64,000 nucleotides of DNA from a virus (IMGVR_UViG_3300047565_000101:40801-104800), one strand, 5' to 3'; positions 12,401 to 21,663 are shown, numbered from the stretch's first letter. The notes: generated by a model from the sequence alone, not told the origin. Made by a program: numbers and translations.

Positions 12401-12887
12401 TGTTATAGATCTGCATTTCAGTTCTAGCAAGCAGCGTCTTATTCTTTATATTATCCAATCCCTTTGGGACATGGACATTAAACTTCATCATGCCATCGGC
12501 TGCCTTGCCTAATGGCTGTACTACTGCATTTTGTAATGCTACTTGCTGCTGAGCGAGATCTCTAATTAAACCGCCAGAGGTTCTGGTATGCTCTTGCCAT
12601 GTCTTAAAATAATCACGTAGCTTGAGCTTACCAGAATCCAGCTGTTTTCCAAATTTTTGTACATCATCTGAAACAGTAACAAAGTGTGTAGAGAATTGAC
12701 CAGTTGCTCTAAGAGTATCTCCTAGCGCCTTCTGTGCTGCATTTGCTTGTGATGCCAATGCTGTATTGGTCAAAGCAACTTGCTGCTTAAATTTAGCTAA
12801 TGCTGCCGAGGTTCGTTGCACATCTGCAATCAAACCTGAAAAGTCGGACGTTGCAACTATATTCGTTACAATTTGTTCATCAGCCAT
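6429..12887 (-). CDS. Tape measure protein
   Basis: 2152 aa, Ala-rich helical; TP901-type TMP core, VPAMLTPGEFVV and VGENGPEII motifs; follows tail chaperones. Confidence 0.95.
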   Translation of the reverse strand: MADEQIVTNIVATSDFSGLIADVQRTSAALAKFKQQVALTNTALASQANAAQKALGDTLRATGQFSTHFVTVSDDVQKFGKQLDSGKLKLRDYFKTWQEHTRTSGGLIRDLAQQQVALQNAVVQPLGKAADGMMKFNVHVPKGLDNIKNKTLLARTEMQIYNKVVQDGGVQLINWGKNTQWAGRQLTVGLTVPIAGFGMAAAKAFREVDKELTRLTKVYGDLSKTSSTNLQKVRDDVSQTAKELSASMGVSFKDTIALAADIAATGKTGNELLRSVEETTRLSVLGEVDRQEAMKATLAIQSAFKQNTEELSQSINFLNAVENQTSTSLSDLVEAIPKAGPVVKGLGGDVKDLALYLTAMREGGINATEGANALKSGLASLINPTKVAVGQFKSFGIDLLGIVNNNAGNVTQTLLDLQGALDKLNPLQKQQAIEQLFGKFQFSRMNALFENLGKQGSQTLQVLDLMKASSADLQQIATGELAQVTESAAGKYARALETLKANMAEVGDKFLTIGTSIIGVVNKVLDFINKMPEPLKNIITIIGGFTALAGPLIMLTGVFANFFGYIIKGIGHFKALFKGGEGFKLLTPEMVAAQKAGDLIEKTFYSDAEAALALKAALQGVNDQLTILQQKAASGSVSVQPTISTVQGNTIIQGASRVANPEHPLIGPAGSRASAHMNPVSGMTEQQKMNQTIFGMVPNPIPLNRNLGATPQVYMNDDMPLFENVTARKGKSVGVVAAEAAKWHSMTGALAMQSKEEIAVLKKEVASTGAITSELSASYQALLPQITNITTGAAQEASLIVADLQAGKIKVDVARQKIIDLNIAVEKMIVETTQAVAISQGRVANLTTVPLTSQPVIDPKTGKSNMKELFHKSSTSTLVNKIAGALGVRTSGGGYSIETTKPKRLNSGGYVYTLNDGNIVPGPNVNADVVPAMLTPGEFVVNAKSTRANLPLLQAINGSGSTGPGYNIGSNGAIKKDNTSVYDALNNASKLGRGEQYKVMALLEHAGISIPMLQNSVYPMMHGQSNLTTRGGRGIPGAAFLSEFSQPGAFDMASRLMSKAGYGSITDDQKSIILSSLSSSIGNPQDPLTEMQFGKHLTAAYLKAGLSKDAIKVLASTGAMRFSFPGEGTIDQRRSALISTLSSKYGKEIEFAADPKNENNIIVKVPGQKPFKIRHEATRAITSNEHGLSYETQRQAVPAGQRDGKKLSYAHIPIDELQLVDRNPNTSKFPDKFLPHAGRKTNVGMPLVRRGGSFGLLKSLQLGFDPIGAAIRKTGSRAMRNRGGMIHLNKGGMVPGYNAGGAVGAYRAGLKNSYGKSMFGNGLPTMGLGTQMGIGMAGMAAGQAVGGGAGTAIMIASNILPMLSGLKMVGGFLPTLTKVASILGRLTIPGAVIGSLFMMVKGLQMWRKSAEDAGEVNRAMYGGTKSALAEVGLKYVSISDKIKEMNKQLELSKAKVETAYDSFSGSGVSGLTLTIKELKEGIASAKKNAKETVSIFNKADDSKVVDLASSMKAQFVAMGMSVQEATNKIYTIISASDKANQAFSAISSKGFKSIIDKSSAATHSLSLLGKQLSDPQTFNAEEFQRGLDNVISSFESYRQSLVGTKVDGQVVDQAKSLELTFEKLKATKTATLPMDQNTLTLLKSQDLALGSMLGNAETILSVFAKYRLYLSGLSTTVDIGLLTPDQAVDVAAGYERVSESATKVINKQTSIGKVAVAARAAADKAAKAANNAAKQDSQSIDDQIKAKQKLIDKLEEERDKRLEILDIQEKSQNFETQVKQAQIRYQQALATGNLAQAAQEKLSIEQLSADRQRELARQSINDKYDADIKKLEDQIQRLQDQKDSVAKAVASSQSASENKAAVAAEAEALSSELASIIAKHGGKYTAEAGKEIAAVLNNAKSSSNASLKAAAMEMEKKYSPGGLKSAPGPSDLNDMGKPYQRIFSDLSSETLTLAKAGTKFDKAVDAFTLAVETFTGKKVTDGPKTTTTTVSATTGQVETKAIANRLVTQNGIEYVVTNTGVRYRTDQEPGKTLKKGMTPKAKGWNGMRGMAGTVALVGENGPEIIKFNQTADIIPTHKFNMPMYNLASNSVSLANNSSNGKMGGITIINNISGTDMNMEQLSEVVTRKTITAMKNIKDVNFAAEGKPGVKRI

Positions 12888-12895
12888 ATATTATT

Positions 12896-13264
12896 CTATA
12901 CCCCTTGGTATCCTAGGCCCATTCCAATTCCAAATCCTTCACCCATTGCAGTACTGCCTTGTAGTGAAACTATGTCATCTGATCCTGCATTGATTCCCAT
13001 AGCTTTTCTTTGAATATCTTCGAAGGTAGGACCCTCCTCTTCTGTTGTTTCATTTAAGTCAACACCTTGAAGTGATGCCAGGAATCTCCTTTTATCATCT
13101 TCCGTCTTCTGCATTGCCTTAAACGTTTGTATCAGCTCTGGCATGGATAAGTTTTCTTCTAACTCTTCGTAATTTTTCCAATTACCGAGCAAGAAGACCT
13201 CACCCTCTAAAGCGGCTAAATCTAGTTCTGACCAGCCAGAACCGCTGCCGCTAGAAGGTTTGGG
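12896..13264 (-). CDS. Tail assembly chaperone, frameshifted C-terminal (T) part of the GT product
   Basis: -1 frame is open from the CCCAAAC heptamer (TGA immediately before it) to the stop at 12896. Confidence 0.8.
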   Translation of the reverse strand, partial: PKPSSGSGSGWSELDLAALEGEVFLLGNWKNYEELEENLSMPELIQTFKAMQKTEDDKRRFLASLQGVDLNETTEEEGPTFEDIQRKAMGINAGSDDIVSLQGSTAMGEGFGIGMGLGYQGV

Positions 13265-13554
13265 TCATCCATCTTGATGCCTCCACAAACTTCTAGAATT
13301 CTATTGATTGTTGGAACATCCAATAGATCTTCAAACGCATCTCTATCCTTAACAATTTCTGGCAGCTGCTTTTCTAATGCTACTGCACATGCGTTAATAA
13401 GAATATCGAGAGTCTCATCTTCTGTTTCTGCTGAGCCAGTCTTATTGATCTCAACCATGAATTTTCTTAGTTCTTTAATTGATAGTGGTTTTAGCTTTAC
13501 GACTGTTCCATCCTGTAATGGAATCTCTTCTGTATCGTATACTGTAGTTGCCAA
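13222..13554 (-). CDS. Tail assembly chaperone (G)
   Basis: 110 aa between major tail and TMP; AGGAGG RBS. Confidence 0.85.
   Translation of the reverse strand: MATTVYDTEEIPLQDGTVVKLKPLSIKELRKFMVEINKTGSAETEDETLDILINACAVALEKQLPEIVKDRDAFEDLLDVPTINRILEVCGGIKMDDPNLLAAAVLAGQN
13258..13264 (-). other. Programmed -1 ribosomal frameshift site C CCA AAC
   Basis: X XXY YYZ heptamer in the G frame (D-P-N) that joins to the T frame. Confidence 0.8.
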
Positions 13555-13615
13555 TTTATCCTCCTAGGATTCGTCTTAATTATTATAACAAAGAGATGTT
13601 ACTAATACAAACAGA

Positions 13616-13640
13616 AAACCCCCATTTCTGGGGGCTTTCC
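13616..13640 (-). terminator. Intrinsic terminator after major tail gene
   Basis: CCCCC/GGGGG stem followed by TTTT on minus strand. Confidence 0.65.
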
Positions 13641-13660
13641 TATATTTAATTATTATTAAA

Positions 13661-14344
13661 TTATGCAGATGCTCTAAAGCGGTCTACGATCTTACCGTAC
13701 TCTGATCCAGAATATGTTGCATCTGGGAGAAGACGGAAAGTAACTGGGAATGAAGTTGGTGTATTACGTGCGAGTGAGAACTGTGACTGCTGTACAGAAA
13801 GCACACGACGACCATAATATACACGCTCTGTATTTGGAGATGTCGCTGTTGGAGCTGGTCCTACTGCGATGAGCTGACGCTCTGTTGGAGCCTCAAGGAG
13901 AGCTCCACCTGCAATATTAAGAGTTTCGTTTCCTGTTGCTGAAAGTGTTCCAGAACGGCTGCTTGACTTCTGACCGAAAACAGTCATAACGTTAAACAAT
14001 GTACCTTCTGAGAGCTCTGTTGCGAGCATAACTTCCATTGACTCCTTGAACAGCTTAGCTGTATCGAGGAGCTGATCTACTGTTACTGAACCGTATGTTG
14101 GGTTGTAAGTAATCTGAAGACCGTTGTTTGTAAATCCAACGTTTGTGTAACCATTTGCTACAGTTGAACCAACAACTGCTGAACGAAGATCACCGTTTCC
14201 ATCGACTGCAGAACCATTTGAACCTGTTGCGAATGAACTGAGTCCTGTTGGGTCTAATACTGCATATTCGCTATCTGTTGAATCTAGAGTAGTAATATTA
14301 AGCGGTGCTGCACCGATAATAATATTCTTAGCATTAAATGCCAT
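13661..14344 (-). CDS. Major tail (tube) protein
   Basis: 227 aa; VGFTNNGLQITYNPTY...VDQL motif; position before chaperones; own promoter and terminator. Confidence 0.85.
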   Translation of the reverse strand: MAFNAKNIIIGAAPLNITTLDSTDSEYAVLDPTGLSSFATGSNGSAVDGNGDLRSAVVGSTVANGYTNVGFTNNGLQITYNPTYGSVTVDQLLDTAKLFKESMEVMLATELSEGTLFNVMTVFGQKSSSRSGTLSATGNETLNIAGGALLEAPTERQLIAVGPAPTATSPNTERVYYGRRVLSVQQSQFSLARNTPTSFPVTFRLLPDATYSGSEYGKIVDRFRASA

Positions 14345-14443
14345 TTTAACCTCCTGTTAAAATATTTCTTTTATTTCAAAATTTTGGCTGGCTAGGCCCT
14401 TTCCTCTAGTATAATTTTAAGCCATAAATGGCACTAAAGCAAA

Positions 14444-14953
14444 CTAGGCAAATCTGCCAGAGCCGTCAGTAATTCTTGAGTATTTAACCTCAAGGACTAC
14501 ATCTGATGAGAGGAATCCAGCTAGTTCTTTTGATGGCTCAGTTGGGGATATATCTGCCACATAGATACTATGGAATTTAAATCCTGAAGGAAGGCTTGTG
14601 TCTGCATTTACTTCCTTTGCAGTAACATCCATTCTTCTGAATATATCGATCATCGCATTTCGAATCTCATTTATCTCTGAGAAGTCTGTCGCAAATATTG
14701 TAAACAGGACTTGCTCATTACATATTAGCCAGTTATCGTCATAGGACATTCCTACCTTATCGTAGATAATATGCTTCTTCCCGCTCAAATACTGGTTGAA
14801 GTCTGGAGATTGTTGTACTGGTATTATCGGAATAAATGTATCTCCGAGGGAATCTGAATAATAGTCTGAATCATTCATGACCTCAAGGTCTAAAAGGTTA
14901 TTCCATAAGAACAATCTTAAATTATATACTGCATCTTTCTTGTAATCAGCCAT
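14444..14953 (-). CDS. Tail terminator/completion protein
   Basis: Size and position directly upstream of the major tail gene. Confidence 0.55.
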   Translation of the reverse strand: MADYKKDAVYNLRLFLWNNLLDLEVMNDSDYYSDSLGDTFIPIIPVQQSPDFNQYLSGKKHIIYDKVGMSYDDNWLICNEQVLFTIFATDFSEINEIRNAMIDIFRRMDVTAKEVNADTSLPSGFKFHSIYVADISPTEPSKELAGFLSSDVVLEVKYSRITDGSGRFA

Positions 14954-15738
14954 TATATTCTACCTCCGAATGCTGAAGATACAGCCATGTCTGCCTGCGA
15001 AGCTAAGCTATTAGCAGAAAAGCTGTAACTAACTTTTTTAATATTTACTGGAAGCTTCATAGCCTGTGTTAATGAGCTGTTAAATAATCTATGTACGCCA
15101 GACTTTTTAATTGATAGATTAACTAAATTACCAGTAAAAAATAATTTATAAGCAACCTTATAGGATCCAGTTGTAGCATTGCCACCAGGCCTTAGAACGG
15201 TCACTGAAGCCCCTTTGGGCATGAAAACAGTATAACCACCCTTGGCTTCGAATACGAGCCTCTCAGAGGCCTTAGGAGCGATTTTAACGGGGTCTCCCTT
15301 TTCCATCACAAAAGCTTTCTTAATAAATACATGTCTATTTTTTGTGCTTCTTGAAGGAACAAATGTTTTAGAGTCTAGAAAATCTGTAGTAATATTAAAT
15401 GATAGTCCAGATGGCTTATTTAAATACAACTTAAATAATCTATTATTTTTATTTCCAGTTTTCTTCCATTCGTAAACATGGTGAAACTGCTTAGGTTTAA
15501 TTCTTGCCTGAGCATCTAAATAGAGGCCGAAGTCTTTTTCGATTTGCTCAAATATTACTTTAGAAAATGCATTTTGGAATTGTTTATTCTTTGTTATTTT
15601 TGCAACAACATTAGCTTGATAAAATATAGCAGCAGATATCTGTGCAACCGTACTATCCTTTAAATGACTTCCTGGCTTGGATGTCATTAATGGCTGTAGT
15701 CTACTTGCTGCAGAAAGCAATAATGCGCTAGATTCCAA
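14953..15738 (-). CDS. Neck/tail completion protein
   Basis: Basic protein in head-tail block; TTG start at 15738 chosen to minimise overlap. Confidence 0.5.
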   Translation of the reverse strand: MESSALLLSAASRLQPLMTSKPGSHLKDSTVAQISAAIFYQANVVAKITKNKQFQNAFSKVIFEQIEKDFGLYLDAQARIKPKQFHHVYEWKKTGNKNNRLFKLYLNKPSGLSFNITTDFLDSKTFVPSRSTKNRHVFIKKAFVMEKGDPVKIAPKASERLVFEAKGGYTVFMPKGASVTVLRPGGNATTGSYKVAYKLFFTGNLVNLSIKKSGVHRLFNSSLTQAMKLPVNIKKVSYSFSANSLASQADMAVSSAFGGRI

Positions 15739-16153
15739 TTTGCTGATTCTCCGATCTCTTAGCGGTTGTGTTATATGCAATAACTCCGCCAAATGGATCA
15801 GTTACTGGGGTAACTCCGACTACCTCAAATACGGTTGGTGTCTCTGATGGGTAGTCAAGCTCAGTCCAAATATGGACTCCATCTTTTGTTCTTATATTGG
15901 TAATCTTATGCCTTATGTTTAATTTGTTAACAGTTCTAATCTGAATCATCTGATCATTGGTATAGCGATTATTAAATTCCTGCCTGTCGCTTCCTCTTGA
16001 TGATGTAGAGTTGCTAATAATGCCTTTTGCAAAGCAGTCTACAGATCTATCAAAATTCCATTCTTTCTTAATGGAGCCAGTTGAAGGATCTTGTGTTTCA
16101 GATTGGGAGTATACATCCAATCTCATAGGCAATAATGATTCGATTATATCCAT
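15728..16153 (-). CDS. Head-to-tail stopper (head closure)
   Basis: 141-aa beta-rich protein in canonical position. Confidence 0.6.
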   Translation of the reverse strand: MDIIESLLPMRLDVYSQSETQDPSTGSIKKEWNFDRSVDCFAKGIISNSTSSRGSDRQEFNNRYTNDQMIQIRTVNKLNIRHKITNIRTKDGVHIWTELDYPSETPTVFEVVGVTPVTDPFGGVIAYNTTAKRSENQQIGI

Positions 16154-17142
16154 TAAATTGCTACCATGCTGGTAACAACATAAGGTGACAATAGCTTGTC
16201 TGCGTAGAGATTACCAGTTCCATTTTGTGCAGCTCCAGTATATTCAAACTTCCAGTCAAATGCGCTGATGCTCTTAACATACTTGTTTCGCCACTCTGTA
16301 TCTTTTTCAAAGAATTGCTTCATTAACACTATACAGGCTTCTTGAATATCAGAAGGAACCTTTGACCAACCGAATCTTCCTTCCACTGTATATCTGTATC
16401 CATCTCTAAAACTACTTCCATCCCCACGATCATAAATTGTAGGAGGAACCATTCCGTTGGCTGTGTATACAACATTATCTGTCAGCTCTTGTCTATTTAC
16501 ACGAATTCCGTAGCCAGACTCTGATATAACTGGAGAATAGACCCAGTTGTCTACATCATTAATATTGTCTACTAGCAGTACATCATTTTCGTATAGCTTG
16601 TGAATTGAATTTATCTTGTATGGTAGAGGAAGGATATCTGATCCAAATCCGTATACGACCTGCTTGTCATCATACAGATAAAATGATTGCTCTGTGAAAT
16701 CTTCAATAAGCTTACGAGCATATCTTTCCGCTAATTGCATTTCGTAATATGTTTTATAGTTAGGGTCAGACGGATCTGTACCGACATTCATCTGGTCCCA
16801 GGCGTCTGAAAGATTTACATATGGTGTTACTACATCTACGTACTGGGAGTGTGAGGCTTCAGTACCATCTACCTGATACTCCCAGACGATCTTAAACGTT
16901 CTGTTTCTTTGACAAAACTGAAAGGGAATTACTATCTGGTACGTTCCCTCATCGTTGTCTAATTTGGTGGCAGTAATTACATCTAGGTCATCAGTAGATA
17001 ATACTAATGGATCTAATGTTTGATCTCCAGTCACATCATAAATTGTTGCTGTTACAACATCATCATCTGCTGCGATAATTTCTCCGCCCCAGAATATCTT
17101 TGTTTTAATTGGTGCTGTTTGATCTATGTAAATTTGTGCCAT
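16153..17142 (-). CDS. Head-to-tail adaptor
   Basis: GRFGWSKVPSDIQEACIVL and TGNLYADKLLSPY adaptor-like motifs. Confidence 0.7.
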   Translation of the reverse strand: MAQIYIDQTAPIKTKIFWGGEIIAADDDVVTATIYDVTGDQTLDPLVLSTDDLDVITATKLDNDEGTYQIVIPFQFCQRNRTFKIVWEYQVDGTEASHSQYVDVVTPYVNLSDAWDQMNVGTDPSDPNYKTYYEMQLAERYARKLIEDFTEQSFYLYDDKQVVYGFGSDILPLPYKINSIHKLYENDVLLVDNINDVDNWVYSPVISESGYGIRVNRQELTDNVVYTANGMVPPTIYDRGDGSSFRDGYRYTVEGRFGWSKVPSDIQEACIVLMKQFFEKDTEWRNKYVKSISAFDWKFEYTGAAQNGTGNLYADKLLSPYVVTSMVAI

Positions 17143-17152
17143 TTATTGAGAT

Positions 17153-17545
17153 TTAGTGGTAAAACTCCTGGACCTCATTTGGGGTAGCCAGTCTAAATCC
17201 CTCCTCCTTATCAAAAATTGCTTGTGCATCATTTTTACTCATAGCAACGAAAGGATGCTCTTTTGTAAAAGTAAAGCCAATAATATCATATCTAAAATTA
17301 GCTCTAGTCATCTTGACCAAAACTGTGTCTTCTGGGCTCAACTCTTTTTGTGCCTTTGGCTTGATCTCATCTTCGAGATCTTCCTCTTCTTCACGATCAA
17401 GAGTCTTTTCATAAATTGTCCAGCTAACACCTTCATCAGCCAATGCTGCAATAATGTCTGCCTTATTCTTTAAGCCTTCTGTATCTACGCCGAAGTCTTC
17501 TGCGACCTTTTTTAACTCTGAAACCTTAAGTGTTTCAAATGACAT
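17153..17545 (-). CDS. Hypothetical protein with Rho-N/HeH-like N-terminus
   Basis: LKVSELKKVAEDFGV...KADIIAAL; downstream of capsid. Confidence 0.5.
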   Translation of the reverse strand: MSFETLKVSELKKVAEDFGVDTEGLKNKADIIAALADEGVSWTIYEKTLDREEEEDLEDEIKPKAQKELSPEDTVLVKMTRANFRYDIIGFTFTKEHPFVAMSKNDAQAIFDKEEGFRLATPNEVQEFYH

Positions 17546-17596
17546 AATTTCTCCTTAGTCTAAGTTCTTTAATTATAGCATTGATAAATTAAAATG

Positions 17597-17625
17597 AAAA
17601 GCCCCCGAATTTCTTCGGGGGCAAT
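17597..17625 (-). terminator. Intrinsic terminator after major capsid gene
   Basis: GCCCCCGAA/TTCGGGGGC stem followed by TTTT on minus strand. Confidence 0.8.
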
Positions 17626-17647
17626 TCTTTGGTATTTAGCTAATTAA

Positions 17648-18697
17648 TTAGCTAGCAACCTTAACGTTCTTAACAACGACCCAGGCATCTGCCTGCTCGA
17701 TCTGAACACCAACACGGGTATAGAGTGTATACTCGATTGAGTCCTTACGTGGCCAGAAGAAGCGGTAGACTGTAACGTCACGCTTGATACCAACAACAAT
17801 GTTGTTAGGGAATGTCAAGTGGATGTCACCGTGGCTGCCTGTCTCTCCTGAGTAGTCGCCGTCCTGTGTCTCGTTGAGAAGTGGGACTTCAACAATTGGA
17901 ATACCGAATGCATATGGTGCAACGTAACCAGCTGGGCCACCAAGTGGCTGTACATCGCCACGGATGATGCTTGAAGCAATATCCTGTGGGATTGTCTGGT
18001 TTGTTCCGATGCTGTTTGCATAGAGGAAGTCCTGGATAAGGTTTGATCCTGCAAGGAAGCGAAGGTCTGTGCGACGCTGCTTGTACTTACGTGGAAGTGC
18101 CTTAAGTGCTGAGTTAAAGATTGCACGTGATACTGCAGCTCCGCCAGCGTCTACGACGTGACCATTAGCCTTAGCCTTCTTAACAACACCATCAAATGAC
18201 TTATAAAGTGCATCTGATGTAAGAGCTGTATTACCATTGAGGATTACATCTTCAATGTCGTTACCTGCCTGTGTTGCCATCATTCGTGCGATGTGATCTT
18301 CTAGATCTGGACCCTCGATATTATCTTCGAGTGACTCTGTTGAAAGCTCCCAATCTAAACGGAGCTTCTTTGTTGAGAGAGAAATCTTGGAGAATGTGAC
18401 TGCAGAGTTAGCTGCTGTGTCATCACCTTCGGTTGCAAGCTTCATAAGCTTCTCACCTACGCCAATACGATCAATCTCGGTTGTATCTGACTTCATACGA
18501 ACTGTACGAGCGACCTTACCGATTACGGTAGCGTCGAACATATAGTCTAGGAAGCGAGCTGACTGCTCTGGGTTAAGCAAACCGCCGTTACCCTCAGCAC
18601 CAACATGGATACCTGTTGTAGAATCTGCTGATCCTGACATAGAACCTGTTGCTGTTGTGTTTGCTGCGATTGTTTTTTCTAACATTTCATTGCTCAT
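17648..18697 (-). CDS. Major capsid protein (HK97 fold)
   Basis: GGLLNPEQSARF, WELSTESLEDNIEG, GIPIVEVP motifs; follows protease. Confidence 0.92.
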   Translation of the reverse strand: MSNEMLEKTIAANTTATGSMSGSADSTTGIHVGAEGNGGLLNPEQSARFLDYMFDATVIGKVARTVRMKSDTTEIDRIGVGEKLMKLATEGDDTAANSAVTFSKISLSTKKLRLDWELSTESLEDNIEGPDLEDHIARMMATQAGNDIEDVILNGNTALTSDALYKSFDGVVKKAKANGHVVDAGGAAVSRAIFNSALKALPRKYKQRRTDLRFLAGSNLIQDFLYANSIGTNQTIPQDIASSIIRGDVQPLGGPAGYVAPYAFGIPIVEVPLLNETQDGDYSGETGSHGDIHLTFPNNIVVGIKRDVTVYRFFWPRKDSIEYTLYTRVGVQIEQADAWVVVKNVKVAS

Positions 18698-18713
18698 TAT
18701 TTTTTCACCTACC

Positions 18714-20027
18714 TTATTTGACTAGTTCATTTACGGAACCGAGGAAAGAACCGTTCCATCGTGATTTTTTGATTGTAACTTCCTGAGATCCGCCAAGATC
18801 TAAGGACTTCTTAATTGCTGTCTCTGCTTCAACAGCATCGACACGCTTCTGGACACCATCAATGGTGCCTCTTATATCTTCAACAGCCTTGCTAAGAATA
18901 GCATGCTGTTCTGCCAACTCTGTAAATCGGCTATCAACGCTCTTGCTGAATGAATCAACAGTAGTTGTGATAGCTCCAACCTGCTCTGCATTTGCAGAAC
19001 TAGCCTTACTAAGAGTCTCTGAGAAAAATACCTTTAGGTCGCCAAGCATCTTTGCAAAATCAGGTTCATCAACCTCAACTTCGGATACGTTGGCTGCTTT
19101 TTCCAGAGTTTCGGCAGGAGCGTCTTCAACAACTGGAGCCTCTTCGACTGCAGGTGTTTCTTCAGCAACAACTGTTTCTTCGACAGCTGGTGCTTCTTCT
19201 ACGGCAGTAACTTCTGCTACTACGTTTTCTGTATTTTCTGACACTGTATTACCTCCTTCTGCGTTTGCCTGTTTTGCAATTGTTTGTGCAGGCAACGATA
19301 ATCTTGATCTGAATGAATCAAGAATTCTATTTATTTCTTTGCTCTTATTAACATCATTACTCTCAACCCAACCAATTAATTCTGCTGGCTTACCAGTGAT
19401 TGGTGAATCATATGCGGAATCCTTAGAGATAAATACCTTATCTGATTCTTCGCAATAAAAAATATTTTCTGTTTGTGTCTCTGCTGCAATTCCCTTGAAT
19501 ACGAATTGTCCGTTCATCTTTTGAACCGATAGGATGTTACATAGTTCATTTGCTGGTGAGTCTACGATTGATAGCTCCATCAAAGCATACTTCTTAATAA
19601 ATCTAACTGCCTGTCCTGTTGACTTGTTTACTTCGTTATCTGACTCTATAATCTTTCCGCCGATTGAGAATCCAGTTAGAGTTCCGTCAAGAACCTTTTC
19701 CCAAGTATCCTGTGCACCCTTTGAAACATATGCATCTACATAAACGCCATTATAAAATTCACCAGTTGTCTGATCATAGAAAGTTTCTGGTCTGAATGAG
19801 ATCATCTTTCCAACAGCATTAGATCCATGCATCTCACGAATGTTTCCACGGAAATTTTCAAATGCTTCGAGACTTGCTTCTGCTGTTACAAGGTCTCCAG
19901 TTTGATCAACGTTGTCCAGGGTTGCGAATCCAGACACAGTTCTCTTCTCACGATTAACTTTTGTAAATGGGACGGAAAGAGTAATGTCGTTTCCGCTTGA
20001 AGACCATAATGATTTCTCGATGTTCAT
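18714..20027 (-). CDS. Prohead protease fused to scaffold
   Basis: RTVSGFAT, IREMH, GFSIGG, ELSIVDSPAN protease motifs; acidic EEAPAV repeats and coiled-coil C-terminus. Confidence 0.9.
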   Translation of the reverse strand: MNIEKSLWSSSGNDITLSVPFTKVNREKRTVSGFATLDNVDQTGDLVTAEASLEAFENFRGNIREMHGSNAVGKMISFRPETFYDQTTGEFYNGVYVDAYVSKGAQDTWEKVLDGTLTGFSIGGKIIESDNEVNKSTGQAVRFIKKYALMELSIVDSPANELCNILSVQKMNGQFVFKGIAAETQTENIFYCEESDKVFISKDSAYDSPITGKPAELIGWVESNDVNKSKEINRILDSFRSRLSLPAQTIAKQANAEGGNTVSENTENVVAEVTAVEEAPAVEETVVAEETPAVEEAPVVEDAPAETLEKAANVSEVEVDEPDFAKMLGDLKVFFSETLSKASSANAEQVGAITTTVDSFSKSVDSRFTELAEQHAILSKAVEDIRGTIDGVQKRVDAVEAETAIKKSLDLGGSQEVTIKKSRWNGSFLGSVNELVK

Positions 20028-20080
20028 ATCCTTAATTTTATTACGCTATATATAAAAAGGCAAATAGTAGTCGATTGCGA

Positions 20081-21661
20081 TTAATCGACTTGACTACCGT
20101 CACCCTTTGCATTTCTTCCTTCACCAGAAATATCTGGCGATGTGGCTTCTCTATCCTTGTCTCTTGTTCTTGAATTATTAGCTTGGGCTCTTATTTCCGC
20201 CTGTGCCTGTGGCTTTAAATCAACTGGGACATCTCCACCATCTAGTGGGATCATGCCCTTTCTAATTCTAACCTCATTAGGGACAATGACCTTCATTCTC
20301 AAATATCTTTCATCAATCTTAGACTGAGTATCCTCGTCTGTGAGTGTCAATTCATTGAATTTAAGAGAGAGGGCATCTGTCTTTTCGCTAAATATATTAT
20401 TAATCTTTTTCTCAAGAATCATCTGAGCTGGTCGGCAGACCTGCTCTTTAAATGTCTTGTCAGCATCTCTTGCAACTGCTAGATTTACTCCCTCTGGAGT
20501 ACCAATTTTATTAATAGGAACACGATGAGCTAAAAGAATTTGATCACGGTTCATTAAGTGGTACTTTGTAAATGAAGACTCTTGAGCTCCTGACTCAATT
20601 GGCTCCATTTTGAATTCTGACTTCTCATCTGGTTTATCTGCTGGAAGCGGAATATATAGAGATCTATGATTCTTGCCCTTTAGTCCAACCTGGAAAAATT
20701 CTAGAAGCTTTCTTTCTGACTCTGGTGAAAGCTTTGCTCCCTTTACTGTGATAATATATCTTGGAACCGCCTTATTTTCAAAGTAGTCCAAGTTATACTT
20801 TCCTGCAAATTCATTTCCAGCTAAAGCATTCTGTGCAGCAATAATATCTGGTACACCATAGTAGTTATTCTGTGGGGTGTACTTCTTAAGATGAATAATC
20901 TCATTAGGTCTATCTAGTCCGCCAGCAATTGGATTAGGTGTGTCCTGATCTCCGAAGTTTCTAAAGAATACAGCCTTGCCATAAAGCAATTGAACAAATC
21001 CATCACGTAGTCTTCTAATACGCATTGTCTTTGCAGGGATATGTCCGATATATCCGATACCACCATTTGTTGTTCTTCCAATTTCAATAAAGCCATTACC
21101 AGTTGCCTCAAGGTCGGTATAAGCCTTAATTAAAGTTTCAGTAAAAGTCTCTTCTTCATTTGTAGATTCAAGCCAAGCCTCAAGATCTTGTCTTAGCTTA
21201 TTTAGCTTTTTGCGAGCTCTCTCTAATTGCTTCTCATCTGCAATGGAATCAAATGCATCATTTGTTCTCTGTGTTTCAACAAAAGAATAACCTAGGCCAA
21301 CAATATTTGAAACCTTTGCATTAATCGCTGCATAGTTGTATGTAGAAATCTCATATACTTTTGAAAGGTACTCAAGATTATATGGTGGCTGAACAAGGTC
21401 AAACATAGCATAACCGCTAATTGCTTGAGCTAATAAATTCTGCTGGGTGCCTGCTCCATCTACACCATTAAATGCCTTTGTGAATTCACGTGACATCTTG
21501 CGTCTAAAAGCTGGGCTTAATCCATGAAGCTTTTGAAGATCCTCTTTGCCCATATTAAATGGGTCTGTTGAGATCTCATCCTTAACAGTATTGAACTTAT
21601 TCCAGTCATCAACATTGCTAAGCTGGATCATATCGTCTTCTTTGTCTTCAATAAATTCCAT
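20081..21661 (-). CDS. Portal protein
   Basis: TGNGFIEI, NEIIH, YYGVPDI, YFENKAVP, ILLAHRVP, PNEVR portal motifs. Confidence 0.92.
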   Translation of the reverse strand: MEFIEDKEDDMIQLSNVDDWNKFNTVKDEISTDPFNMGKEDLQKLHGLSPAFRRKMSREFTKAFNGVDGAGTQQNLLAQAISGYAMFDLVQPPYNLEYLSKVYEISTYNYAAINAKVSNIVGLGYSFVETQRTNDAFDSIADEKQLERARKKLNKLRQDLEAWLESTNEEETFTETLIKAYTDLEATGNGFIEIGRTTNGGIGYIGHIPAKTMRIRRLRDGFVQLLYGKAVFFRNFGDQDTPNPIAGGLDRPNEIIHLKKYTPQNNYYGVPDIIAAQNALAGNEFAGKYNLDYFENKAVPRYIITVKGAKLSPESERKLLEFFQVGLKGKNHRSLYIPLPADKPDEKSEFKMEPIESGAQESSFTKYHLMNRDQILLAHRVPINKIGTPEGVNLAVARDADKTFKEQVCRPAQMILEKKINNIFSEKTDALSLKFNELTLTDEDTQSKIDERYLRMKVIVPNEVRIRKGMIPLDGGDVPVDLKPQAQAEIRAQANNSRTRDKDREATSPDISGEGRNAKGDGSQVD

Positions 21662-21663
21662 GG

